Shown piece after piece: positions 1 through 8,767 of a DNA stretch of 20,000 nucleotides (positions are counted from its first letter, which is position 1; every line of letters starts with the position of its first letter). The notes below the pieces were generated by a model. The model worked only from the letters and a program-made list of their open reading frames with translations. It was not told the origin of the DNA and ran no database searches. The DNA comes from Craspedostauros australis (taxonomy: Eukaryota). Location: assembly GCA_030167865.1 (NCBI GenBank), contig JALAGF010006284.1:47780-67779 (forward strand), in the 5' to 3' direction. The position numbers and the translations under genes were made by a program.

Positions 1-401
1 TGATCCGACGCGTCCTCCGTGGGCATGTCCAGCACGTACTCCAGACTCTGCGTGACGTACGGCACGGTGATCTTGGGCTTGTCGTAGGTCTGGTCCAGCA
101 GCAGGATGTGGAAGGGATCGTCGATCTCGCGCGATTCGTTGGGGTCGTCCTCGAGGTATTCCAGCGGTCCCTGCTTGCGGATGGCGTCGACCAGGTTCTC
201 ATCGGGGTTGCCGAGCAGGTCCTCGTCGCTGCGTCGCGTCTGTCGCTCGATGTCCTCCTTGGTGGGGGCGTCGATCACCGTGGAGTAGCGTTGCGTTGTG
301 CTCACGCGGAAGGAGGGCCGCGGTGCGAAGGCGGCCGTCTGGGTCAAGGTGCTGACGAGGCCCAGCGCCAACAGGAGGCAGGCGTTCATTGAGATTTGCA
401 T
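1..401 (-). CDS. Plastid-targeted ClpS-like N-degron adaptor protein (5' part; 3' end lies outside the window)
   Basis: Not in the ORF track because no stop is reached. Manual translation from ATG at 401 (second in-frame ATG at 389): MQISMNACLLLALGLVSTLTQTAAFAPRPSFRVSTTQRYSTVIDAPTKED...DDPFHILLLDQTYDKPKITVPYVTQSLEYVLDMPTEDASD. Signal peptide + AFAP motif + S/T/R-rich transit peptide. The last segment resembles the ClpS core start (Y/F-x-V-L-L-x-N/D...YV-x-x-x-L-x-x-V). Confidence 0.7.
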   Translation of the reverse strand, partial: MQISMNACLLLALGLVSTLTQTAAFAPRPSFRVSTTQRYSTVIDAPTKEDIERQTRRSDEDLLGNPDENLVDAIRKQGPLEYLEDDPNESREIDDPFHILLLDQTYDKPKITVPYVTQSLEYVLDMPTEDASD

Positions 402-977
402 GTTGCTGAATTACTATTAGAGTGCTATTGCTATTGCTCTTGTGCTTTGCCACGGAATTGTTTGAGGAACGATTGCAGAGTATAATATGTAGAATATGTG
501 CAATGACAATGTGCAATGACAATGTGGATGTCTGTGTCGATCGTCGCACCAAGTATGCGCTGTGCCTACTCTCTGCCTGATTGATCACGTGTGGAGAAGC
601 TGAGAGTGGCAACGAACAAGGATGATTGCAGGAGATGCCCAACGAAATGGATTCGCAACAACACGACACACAGATTCTTCTTTGTTGCTCTGCTGGCGTC
701 ATCAACACGCAGCTGTCAGCCTTGTTGCACGATCTTCCTTTGCCACACGTTTGCGCGCTTCGTCAGCAATTCTGTCAGTTTGTCTGGATGACCGGATGTG
801 TCGCCAGAGCGAAATGGAGAAGACTTCGCATTTCTTAAGTCTAAAAATGAATGTAGATCAAGATTCAAACAATGTCCTTGGCCAATACAACTACAATACG
901 CGATACGTACTCTATTGCATTGCATTGTATTATATTGTATAATGTAGTCTGAACTCATGGAGCAATCAATATCACCG

Positions 978-2606
978 CTACGGCCTCGGCACAGTCTGCT
1001 TCTTGGCCGGATCAAAGTAGTACATGTCGATGAAGAAACCGTTCTGCCATTTGTGCCAGTGCGTGGCGTCGTTCGGCATGTGCCAATGAAAGCTGAGGTA
1101 GGCCGCATTCCAGACGTTGAGCACGGGAACGTTGAGCTCCTCCATCAGCCGATTCTGCTCGTCGTGAAGGAACCGTGCCGTCGATATGCTGGTGTACTTG
1201 ACGCGTGCCATGCAGTCGGGCTTGCAATGAGCGCGTGGCAGCACCGACATGTGGAAGGGTTGGGGCAATTTCCAGAGCAACGTGACCTTGGGGTACGCCT
1301 CGCGGTAAAACTCGATGGCCTCACGGAACATGCGCATGCTGGCGGTGAAGTTGGTGTCTTGCGCGGGGCCCTCGTAGCCATTGATGTCCCAAGCGGCGCT
1401 GTTGAGGATCATGGCCACCTTCTTCGTCGGGTCGTTGGCCAGCTCCAGATCTTCTGCGTGCGTGCGATTCAGCACCTCCGGTACCTTCTCTCTCCATATG
1501 TCGTATCGGAAGATCGATCCGATGTTTTCATCGACCTTCAGGTTGGGATACTCGAAGAAGTTCTTGCGGCCGTAATACCTGCCACAAAAGTTGTCCAACA
1601 CGGAATCTCCAAAGCATATGACGCGGTCGTACGACGAGAAATCCACAGTTGCCCCGACGCGATTCTCGGAATCCTGAACTTCGGGCGGGTACTCGAACGG
1701 TTGGATCTCCGGCGTCGTCAAGTTGAGCGTGGTGTAGTTGGTGTACATGTACCCTCCGTCGTTCCAATCGTCCTTGGCGGGACGCGTGAGACGACCTATG
1801 CCGCACGTGTATTCGTAGTACAGCACGAAGGAGCCATGGCCGTACAGCTCCCCGATCGGCTTCTCGAAGGGCGGCTCTTCGAATCGCAGCACGTACGTGC
1901 CGTCGTTGTTGTCGTGCACGTGCGCGGTGGCCGATGGAATGACGCGACCGTACATGGGATTCATCTCCGTGCGTCTGGCATCGTAAAAGACGGGGAAGAA
2001 CTCATCGCCGCCCATCATCTTGAGCGTTCCTTTCTCGTCCAGCGATTGGATGACGTATCGAACCGTCGTTCGTTTCGATTCTGTGTCTTCGATCGTCTGG
2101 ATGTGGAGCTCAAATTGGGCCGTGGGCACGCAGGTGGCATTCTGCATGAATTCCTCGTATATCTCATCTGTTTTGAATGCGCGTTTCAGGTCCCTGATGG
2201 CGGTCTCATCCGGCGCCGATGGGATTCGAACCATCTCCGACGCGACAAGCCGTTCATTGTCTGCAAGATGCTGCTGCAGTCGTTTTTGTTGCAGACGCTG
2301 CCTTTGGCTTGGTGTCAATGCTTGCGGCAAGACTTTGTGCCTGCGCGGCACTTGCGTTGCATTGGTCACGTCGTCTGCATCATCAGTCGCCGCGACTTCC
2401 TTGCTCAACGGGATGTCGTTGATAGAAACCTGCAGAGATCCGGCCTTGGTCATGAACACTGTTGCCTTCAGCGGCAGGAACACTCCGCACAGAAAGGCAA
2501 CGACCAGCGCCGCAGCGACTTTCAGGTTCCCCCTGGTGTTTTGCTTCTTCTGGGTTGTGCGATGCGGTGGTCGCACACCGACTTTCGATGTTCCATTCGT
2601 CGGCAT
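978..2606 (-). CDS. Type II membrane NXPE/PC-esterase (SGNH-fold) family protein, putative glycan O-acyltransferase/esterase
   Basis: 542-aa ORF with a basic N-tail and one TM helix (VAAALVVAFLCGVFLPL). NXPE-like Ig/filamin segment 'GGDEFF...VHDNNDGTYVLRF', catalytic 'CFGDS' (~1602-1613) and C-terminal DxxH 'NDATHW' (~1059-1070). Confidence 0.75.
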   Translation of the reverse strand: MPTNGTSKVGVRPPHRTTQKKQNTRGNLKVAAALVVAFLCGVFLPLKATVFMTKAGSLQVSINDIPLSKEVAATDDADDVTNATQVPRRHKVLPQALTPSQRQRLQQKRLQQHLADNERLVASEMVRIPSAPDETAIRDLKRAFKTDEIYEEFMQNATCVPTAQFELHIQTIEDTESKRTTVRYVIQSLDEKGTLKMMGGDEFFPVFYDARRTEMNPMYGRVIPSATAHVHDNNDGTYVLRFEEPPFEKPIGELYGHGSFVLYYEYTCGIGRLTRPAKDDWNDGGYMYTNYTTLNLTTPEIQPFEYPPEVQDSENRVGATVDFSSYDRVICFGDSVLDNFCGRYYGRKNFFEYPNLKVDENIGSIFRYDIWREKVPEVLNRTHAEDLELANDPTKKVAMILNSAAWDINGYEGPAQDTNFTASMRMFREAIEFYREAYPKVTLLWKLPQPFHMSVLPRAHCKPDCMARVKYTSISTARFLHDEQNRLMEELNVPVLNVWNAAYLSFHWHMPNDATHWHKWQNGFFIDMYYFDPAKKQTVPRP

Positions 2607-2977
2607 CGTTTCGTTTGGTTTTGAGTCGCAATGGGATGCGCAGGTGGTGTATCGCCCAAGAGTGCTCTGCTCTGTTCTGCTCTGTTATTCTATTGTTCCA
2701 TTGGAAGTCGAATGTCCTGTCCAAGTGGCCGCAATGTGAGTGTTGTGAACCGTTGTGCGGCTCTTTGGTGCGTTGGGTGGTGGCGGCCATTGGCACTGTG
2801 GCCGTTGACATGACTCGGACAAACAAGAGCGATGGTCATTGGTCGTGACTCAAACGCGAAAGACCAAACGTGAAAGAAAAGAATCCTCGCAACACAGAAC
2901 AAGGATTCTCTCTCTTTGTGCCGGAGAGGAGGCGAACTTCGCGCACCAACGGAACAACCAGAGATCAGATCGTTCTG

Positions 2978-3012
2978 CATGGATCCATTCCATGGATCCG
3001 TTCCATGAATCC
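2978..3012 (+). repeat. 13-bp tandem repeat (CATGGATCCRTTC x ~2.7) in the divergent intergenic region
   Basis: catggatccattc catggatccgttc catgaatcc. Confidence 0.7.
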
Positions 3013-3066
3013 ACAAAAGGAACAACACGTCCCAACACACAAACGGAATTGTCGCAACACCACCAT

Positions 3067-3100
3067 CACATTCACACCCACATTCACACCCACATTCACA
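3067..3100 (+). repeat. 12-bp tandem repeat (CACATTCACACC x ~3) in the putative 5' leader
   Basis: cacattcacacc cacattcacacc cacattcaca, directly upstream of ATG 3128. Confidence 0.75.
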
Positions 3101-3127
3101 TCTCTGAACGGTGAACACAGCGCCAAC

Positions 3128-4573
3128 ATGGGATCCACTCCTTCCGCGCCCGAACCTCCCGCATCCCGCGCACTGTCTCCAACAGCGGCCTCGCCGGATG
3201 CAAGTTCTGCCACCGAACAGGCCGTCCCTCTCGCAGAAATCGAAGTCGCCGATTCCAGGTTCATCGCCTACTGCATGGATTGCCGCGCCCTCGACGACGC
3301 CTTCGTCCTCCAGAAGATCCTCAAGGCCCAGCACCCCGATGCCGCGCATGTGCCCGTCGTGGCACTGAAGCGCCAGCCCGACGTCGTCTGCAAATGGTCC
3401 GAAGATGGAGAACCGGAGAATTCGGTGCTGCCGGCCATCAAGGCGACGATCTTGGAGCAGCCGGGTGGCGCCATTCTGGCTGTCGGCGTCGTGCGCTACT
3501 TTGGAGACCAGCTGCTGGGTGTCACGTGCGGGCGGCTGTCGCAATGCTACGCTGCGGTGACGCGGTTGGCCTTGCACCGCCAGTTCCATGGCGCGACGAC
3601 GCCGATGCACTACGATCTCACGCAGTCCGCCATCACGAAGGATCTCTACGGAATCGCCGCTGGCGATGCGGAGCTCATCCTCAACGTCATCGAGGAGACC
3701 GCGCCCGACACCAGGTTCCTGCTGGTCTCCAAGCTCATCCACGAGCTCAACTTCGATGGCTTCCAGGGTGCCAAGGGAGAGGAGCTGCCGCGGTTGCAGA
3801 ACCTGCAAGCTACCTCGCTCGAGAACGGCGCCATCATTCCCGTGTACCGATACCCCGGCAACTACCAAGGCGACGAGTGGGATACGTTCGATTGGAGCCC
3901 CACTACGAAGAGGGTCAAGGCGCAAGTCGAGAAGCGATTGCAACCGCTCGTGCATCAGACCATGAACCACTGCGTCACCAACTTTTATCGTGATGGCAAG
4001 GATCACATCGCACACCACAGCGACAAGGATCTGGATCTGAATCATGCCAGCGTCATCGTCAGCGTCAGTCTCGGCGACGAGCGCATCCTGGAATTGCGAC
4101 GCCGTGCCGAACCGCGCGACATCACCCGCATCCGCCTGCCGCACGGCTCCATGCTCGTGATGGGACCCAAGACGAACAAGCGCTTCACGCACTCCATCCT
4201 GGCCAACGAGGACAGCACGATGCCGCGCATCAGCCTCACCCTGCGCAATGTCACCACCTACATGGATCTGCGGACGGGCCGGCTGTTCGGGCAAGGTGTC
4301 GAGACCAAGGACGTCGCCGACATTCGGAACATGGAGCTGGTCGAGAACGGTTGCTTCCTTGCCGGGTTCTGCGCGCTGTCCTCCATCCTTCTGTCCAAAC
4401 GGCGCGCACGCGGACGCGCATCGGATGTGCTGGTGGCAGGCGGGGTCACGGGGGCCTTCTTCTGCGGCATGCACTTCTATCGCAACCTGATTGAACGCGT
4501 GCGACGTTCGAAGCAGGAACGCGCCGCACGCGATTTCTTCTCCAAGGCCTCCACGACCGGGACCAAATACTAG
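3128..4573 (+). CDS. IMPACT/YigZ (UPF0029) domain fused to an AlkB-like 2OG-Fe(II) oxygenase, with C-terminal hydrophobic segments
   Basis: The ORF track starts at 2870 (GTG), but ATG 3128 (gccaacATG, after a CA-rich leader) is more likely, giving 481 aa. IMPACT motifs: 'EVADSRFIAY', 'SEDGEP', 'VVRYFG..LLG'. AlkB motifs: 'NFYRDGKDHIAHHSD' (HxD 4016-4024), 'SVSLG', 'LPHGSMLVM', 'HSI' (His 4190), 'RISLTLR'. Confidence 0.85.
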   Translation: MGSTPSAPEPPASRALSPTAASPDASSATEQAVPLAEIEVADSRFIAYCMDCRALDDAFVLQKILKAQHPDAAHVPVVALKRQPDVVCKWSEDGEPENSVLPAIKATILEQPGGAILAVGVVRYFGDQLLGVTCGRLSQCYAAVTRLALHRQFHGATTPMHYDLTQSAITKDLYGIAAGDAELILNVIEETAPDTRFLLVSKLIHELNFDGFQGAKGEELPRLQNLQATSLENGAIIPVYRYPGNYQGDEWDTFDWSPTTKRVKAQVEKRLQPLVHQTMNHCVTNFYRDGKDHIAHHSDKDLDLNHASVIVSVSLGDERILELRRRAEPRDITRIRLPHGSMLVMGPKTNKRFTHSILANEDSTMPRISLTLRNVTTYMDLRTGRLFGQGVETKDVADIRNMELVENGCFLAGFCALSSILLSKRRARGRASDVLVAGGVTGAFFCGMHFYRNLIERVRRSKQERAARDFFSKASTTGTKY

Positions 4574-5380
4574 ACGACGGAGACTGACAAAGACAGTGAT
4601 GGATGTTATGCATTATAACATCAGAATACATATCTAGGATGTGCGTGAATGTTGGTGGCAGCAGCCATGCGGGCATCAGATAGCCATGTTGGATGAACAA
4701 CAATGGTAACGACGATGATGAAATTGTGACCATGTTCTTGTTTCGTGGATTGTCAAAACTCGCGCCAAGACAGCTGAGTCTTAACTGCCAGCTAACGTCA
4801 CACATACATATAACACGCTTCTCAACCGTGGTTGACCGGATGACGATTTTGGACTGGCGGGAACAACACCGTGAACAGAAGGGTATTTGCCTCCTGTCGC
4901 ATTTGTTTGTTTGTTGTTGTTGTTGATCTTGTTCCAACCAGAGCTGACACAAAACAGGAGCAACACCAACTTCTTGGATGTAAGTTCAGCTATTGCGACG
5001 AGCGACGGCGATGGCGATGGCAATAGTGGGGGGATAGATTGTGCTGTTGTATGAATGACGGTTACCGTATGCTGTCCAGTTCATCGGATGCAACGCATGT
5101 ACACGGAGTACTTCTTGGATTGGAGGAATGCGCTCACGTTCTCACGGTTGTTCTACATGCTCTGCACACTCTTTGTCGTCATTTCTCCCATTTCTTGTCA
5201 TTGCTTTGACTTTGGATTGTTGCTGCGATGGCTATGGATGGTGCCAACGACGATCGCAACAACAGCAACGACAATCATACTCTATTCCTTCATTCTCATT
5301 GGTTCCAGAAGACACGAGGAATAACACGGCGCAGCAGATGAGCAGAGCAAACCGAGTCGATCAGGAGAGGATAGTCAATA

Positions 5381-5405
5381 AATTGAATTGAATTGAATTG
5401 AATTC
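5381..5405 (+). repeat. (AATTG)n pentanucleotide microsatellite
   Basis: aattgaattgaattgaattgaattc upstream of the methyltransferase; a GCAGA/GCATA pentamer run follows at ~5451-5498. Confidence 0.8.
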
Positions 5406-5511
5406 GACACCAGCAATCATCATAGCACAGTTGGGTTCCATTGTGAAGACGCAGAGCAGAGCAGAGCATCGCACAACATATCGCAGCATAGCATAGCACA
5501 TTCAAGACAAA

Positions 5512-6645
5512 ATGGCGCCAGTCGGAAGACCCATCAAATCGATAACGCGGAATGCAGGATCCCGGGCAAACAGGGTCCAACCAACGCTTCCCTTCGGAAT
5601 CAAACTCAGCACTTGCCTTGGCATTGCTGGCCTTGTCATCTTGCGCGCTGTGTACCTGCGACCGGTGCCAGTCTACGATTCCTTTGATTGGGCCGTTGAC
5701 ACTGCGAGCGGTGGTAGCATGAGAGGCAAACATTTCATGCTGTCAGATACCGACTTCGCTTCGATTGCCACGAGCAGCAGCGCGACGTCCACCAAGAAGG
5801 AGGATCTCTGCCTGCAGCGATCCTTCCAGCGCCTTTGCAGCGCATACGACACGGACAGCATCATGGTCGATTGCATGCAATCACCGCGTGAGTTCTTTCT
5901 GGAGGAGTACAGCGGCTACAAACCATCCGAGGAGGAGCTGGAGGCACGCAAAATCATGAAGACCGTCAGCGCGGTGTCCATCGGAGCCGGTCCCAAAGCG
6001 AGCGGTCTGTGCAATCATGCCACCATAAATTCCAAAACACTGTGCACGGACCGACCGCAGCTCGATCTCTTCTACTTCCAAAGCTGGCTCAGTCTCACCC
6101 ACTCGGCGAACAACGGTCTCCGCGTCGTCTTCGCGGAGCACGTGCTGGAGCATTTCGATCCCATCCAGGTCGAGCGCGTTGCCGCAGCCGCCTTCGCCAT
6201 GATGCGACCAGGAGGAACATTTCGTGTTGCCGTGCCGGATGGATACAAGCCCAGTCCCAGCTACCAGCAGTACATCCGCGCCGGTGGCACGAGCTCGGGG
6301 CATGGTCAGAAGCACATGGTGGCGTGGACCGTGGACAATCTGTGCCCCATCTTCCAATCGGTCGGCTTCCAAATCGTGCAGAGGGAGCATTACGACTACA
6401 AGGGCGATTTCTTCTCCGCCCCCGATGCCTACGACAAGGATGAAACCATCGGAAAGATCAAACGATCCCAGAAACACGACAAGCGCAACGCGGAGGACTT
6501 TGAGGTCAAGACCCAAAATCACATGGGTAGATTGTCAAGGGATGATCTCAAGGAGGGCGAGAACGTCTACACCAGCCTGTGGTTCGATGCCGTCAAGCCA
6601 AAGGACTGTACAGCGCACATGGCGGGGTTGGAACAGAGTACGTAG
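5512..6645 (+). CDS. Membrane-anchored class I SAM-dependent methyltransferase (Methyltransf_11-like)
   Basis: 377-aa ORF with acaaaATG context and an N-terminal TM segment (LSTCLGIAGLVILRAVYL). Motif I-like 'VSIGAG', plus 'VFAEHVLEHF' and 'MRPGGTFRVAVPD', typical of class I methyltransferases. Confidence 0.8.
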   Translation: MAPVGRPIKSITRNAGSRANRVQPTLPFGIKLSTCLGIAGLVILRAVYLRPVPVYDSFDWAVDTASGGSMRGKHFMLSDTDFASIATSSSATSTKKEDLCLQRSFQRLCSAYDTDSIMVDCMQSPREFFLEEYSGYKPSEEELEARKIMKTVSAVSIGAGPKASGLCNHATINSKTLCTDRPQLDLFYFQSWLSLTHSANNGLRVVFAEHVLEHFDPIQVERVAAAAFAMMRPGGTFRVAVPDGYKPSPSYQQYIRAGGTSSGHGQKHMVAWTVDNLCPIFQSVGFQIVQREHYDYKGDFFSAPDAYDKDETIGKIKRSQKHDKRNAEDFEVKTQNHMGRLSRDDLKEGENVYTSLWFDAVKPKDCTAHMAGLEQST

Positions 6646-6799
6646 AGCAATAGTATAGTTCTATATTTCACAATATTACAGAGTATGAAGGAATGTGGCA
6701 CTCCAAGAGTACTCGCATTATTCAGCAACTACCCAGCGACCATTCATACTCCTCTATGAGTACGTGGTAACTGTGTGTTGCAGTCGGACATTCATCATC

Positions 6800-8767
6800 T
6801 CATCGCTCCGCGTTGGTCGCTTCAGGACACATCTCCTCGTACGGCACATTCACTTGCGTCAGCGGGCAGCCGAAGATCAGCTCTTCCATGCGATGATGCG
6901 CCCGATGGTAGCCCATCGAAACCTCCCAACCGCGCTTGGCGATGTCTTGCCGTTCCTCGTCGTGCTCCAAATAGTACTCGATGTGGCGGGGCAATTCTTG
7001 CAAGTCTCGAAAGAACACGAGGCTCGTCCCATTCTGCAATCCTTTCGGCAGCGACAGCATGACATCCGATAGGACCATCGCACCGGCCGACAGCGCTTCC
7101 ATCAACCGATAATGATCTTCCCAATTGTCGCGCCCCGTCACGATCACGATCTTGGCCGACAACGTGGCTTCCGCGTAGGCCGACGAGGCCTCATTGCGTC
7201 CCTGTCGACCAGGCGCGCCGGACACCGCGGTGATGGTCTGGATCTTGGTGCCCTTGCCAGGCAGCACCGCGCCCTGCAAACGCTTCACGACGATCGTGAC
7301 GGCGTTGCGGTAGTGGCCGTAAGCGCTCTTCGTCATGGGCCAGAAATGCGCCACGTCGACGGCATCGCGGATGAGGCTGTAGGGCGGTGGCAGACACACG
7401 TCGGCCCGTATCTGTCGGCCATTGTAGATCGCGTTCCAATGCGCGGCGGGGTCGTCGGTGCCGTGGAACAGGTCCTGCAGGGACTGCGTTTCTCCCACCG
7501 CCGATACGCGGGAGCTAAGGATCTGCTTGATCTGCTGGACATGGTCCGTGCGGACGGTGTACGATGTGTGCTTCGTCGGTCCTCCCAACGTGTTCGCGTT
7601 CGTTGGCATCTCCACGTAACCAAGGTTGAGACGCTTCTTCTTTTCATCGTAGGAGCGGTGTCGAATGATCATCCTCGTGGCAGTTCGGATATGCGCTTTG
7701 TCCTGAATGCCCTGTTGGATGGACCGGTCCGTGATGTTGTCATGCACCAATATTTTGTTGTAAAAATTGCCGGCGTAGAACCGATCCGAGTAGTCCACCA
7801 GCAGCAGCTTCCAAGGCGAATCAACCCCGTCGAACCACAGCTGCTGCAGGAAGGTGTTGTTCGCAAACACCTTTTGGCTGCGTGCGCGGATGACATCCAG
7901 GACCCACAGCTCGACGTGCGTTTCGGCATGCACCGTACAGTTGTTGGGATGATCTCTGTGCTTGTGGATGATGGGTTTGGCCCGCTTCCTCGTGGTCGGT
8001 TCCTCCGTCGTGTTGATCCAGTTCTTCGTGACTAGATTGCACATCTGCACCATCTCCATGAAATTGGACATTTTGATGCCATCGTACATGACGTGGATGC
8101 TCTCGCCCTGCATGGGCAACGCGGTACCGAATGCAACTCGCAGAGGTCGGTACTGCGTGATGCCCGGCGCCGCGATCGGTCCTTCCAGTCGGAAGGCCGA
8201 GATGTTGAAGAATGGCTCCGTTTTGTGGACGCCGCATTTCATAAGTTCCGCAACTGTTTTTGAGGTTGCCGCCAATGGTTTCGTGGTCGTTGATTTCGTG
8301 GTGGGCTTTATGGCAACAGGTTCGATCCTGGCATGGATCGATTGCGCTGATTGCACTGTTTGCGCCGACGTCGCTGTTGAATTGTCGACGCTGCTCAACA
8401 TGGCAATGGGAGATTTTGGATCATCGAGGGGCGGCTCGAAACCAGCAGAGATGTTGCTGGAATCATCCACAGACAGCTGCAGGGTCGTGTAGACTACTCG
8501 AATGGTGATGATGAAGCTGGCTGCGAAGACTATCAGGAACAGCACCGGCTTGCCCTTGGAGGCAGGCCTGCCTTCTTGAGTCGACTTCTGTCGCTGCATC
8601 TGCTTCTGCTTGTGCCACTGCCTTGGCTTGTGCGATTTGTCGTGCCTCTGATGCTCTGCTTCCGACGCAGCAAGCTTCTCCATGCCTCGTTGGCTGCCAT
8701 TGTCCATGCTCGTATCTCCATCTGCATTGGCATCGGCCAATGCCGGACGGCCGCTGGAAACACTCAT
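6800..8767 (-). CDS. Type II membrane GT-B glycosyltransferase (Glyco_trans_1_2 / YkvP-CgeB-like C-terminal domain)
   Basis: The ORF is open to 9010 (GTG). The start is uncertain; ATG 8767 was chosen and other in-frame ATGs exist. TM helix PVLFLIVFAASFIITIRVVY, S/T-rich stem, and C-terminal 'YRLMEALSAGAMVLSD...LVFFRDLQELPRHIEYYLEHDEERQDIAKRG' matching the Glyco_trans_1_2 pattern. Confidence 0.8.
   Translation of the reverse strand: MSVSSGRPALADANADGDTSMDNGSQRGMEKLAASEAEHQRHDKSHKPRQWHKQKQMQRQKSTQEGRPASKGKPVLFLIVFAASFIITIRVVYTTLQLSVDDSSNISAGFEPPLDDPKSPIAMLSSVDNSTATSAQTVQSAQSIHARIEPVAIKPTTKSTTTKPLAATSKTVAELMKCGVHKTEPFFNISAFRLEGPIAAPGITQYRPLRVAFGTALPMQGESIHVMYDGIKMSNFMEMVQMCNLVTKNWINTTEEPTTRKRAKPIIHKHRDHPNNCTVHAETHVELWVLDVIRARSQKVFANNTFLQQLWFDGVDSPWKLLLVDYSDRFYAGNFYNKILVHDNITDRSIQQGIQDKAHIRTATRMIIRHRSYDEKKKRLNLGYVEMPTNANTLGGPTKHTSYTVRTDHVQQIKQILSSRVSAVGETQSLQDLFHGTDDPAAHWNAIYNGRQIRADVCLPPPYSLIRDAVDVAHFWPMTKSAYGHYRNAVTIVVKRLQGAVLPGKGTKIQTITAVSGAPGRQGRNEASSAYAEATLSAKIVIVTGRDNWEDHYRLMEALSAGAMVLSDVMLSLPKGLQNGTSLVFFRDLQELPRHIEYYLEHDEERQDIAKRGWEVSMGYHRAHHRMEELIFGCPLTQVNVPYEEMCPEATNAER

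Noticed and set aside
957..2624. 555-aa plus-strand ORF antisense to the NXPE-like gene
   Set aside because: Shadow ORF expected from GC-biased codon usage; V/H/R-rich with no motifs, and coextensive with the real gene.
2870..3127. 86-aa N-terminal extension of the IMPACT-AlkB ORF
   Set aside because: GTG start, and it translates tandem repeats (TFTPTFTPTFT). ATG 3128 has a better context, so this is likely promoter/5' UTR.
2690..4474. 594-aa minus-strand ORF antisense to the IMPACT-AlkB gene
   Set aside because: Antisense shadow with no recognisable domain.
4600..5500. Short ORFs and simple repeats ((GTT)n, (GGCGAT)n, (AATTG)n) between the AlkB fusion and the methyltransferase
   Set aside because: Ordinary low-complexity intergenic/UTR sequence with no coding signal.
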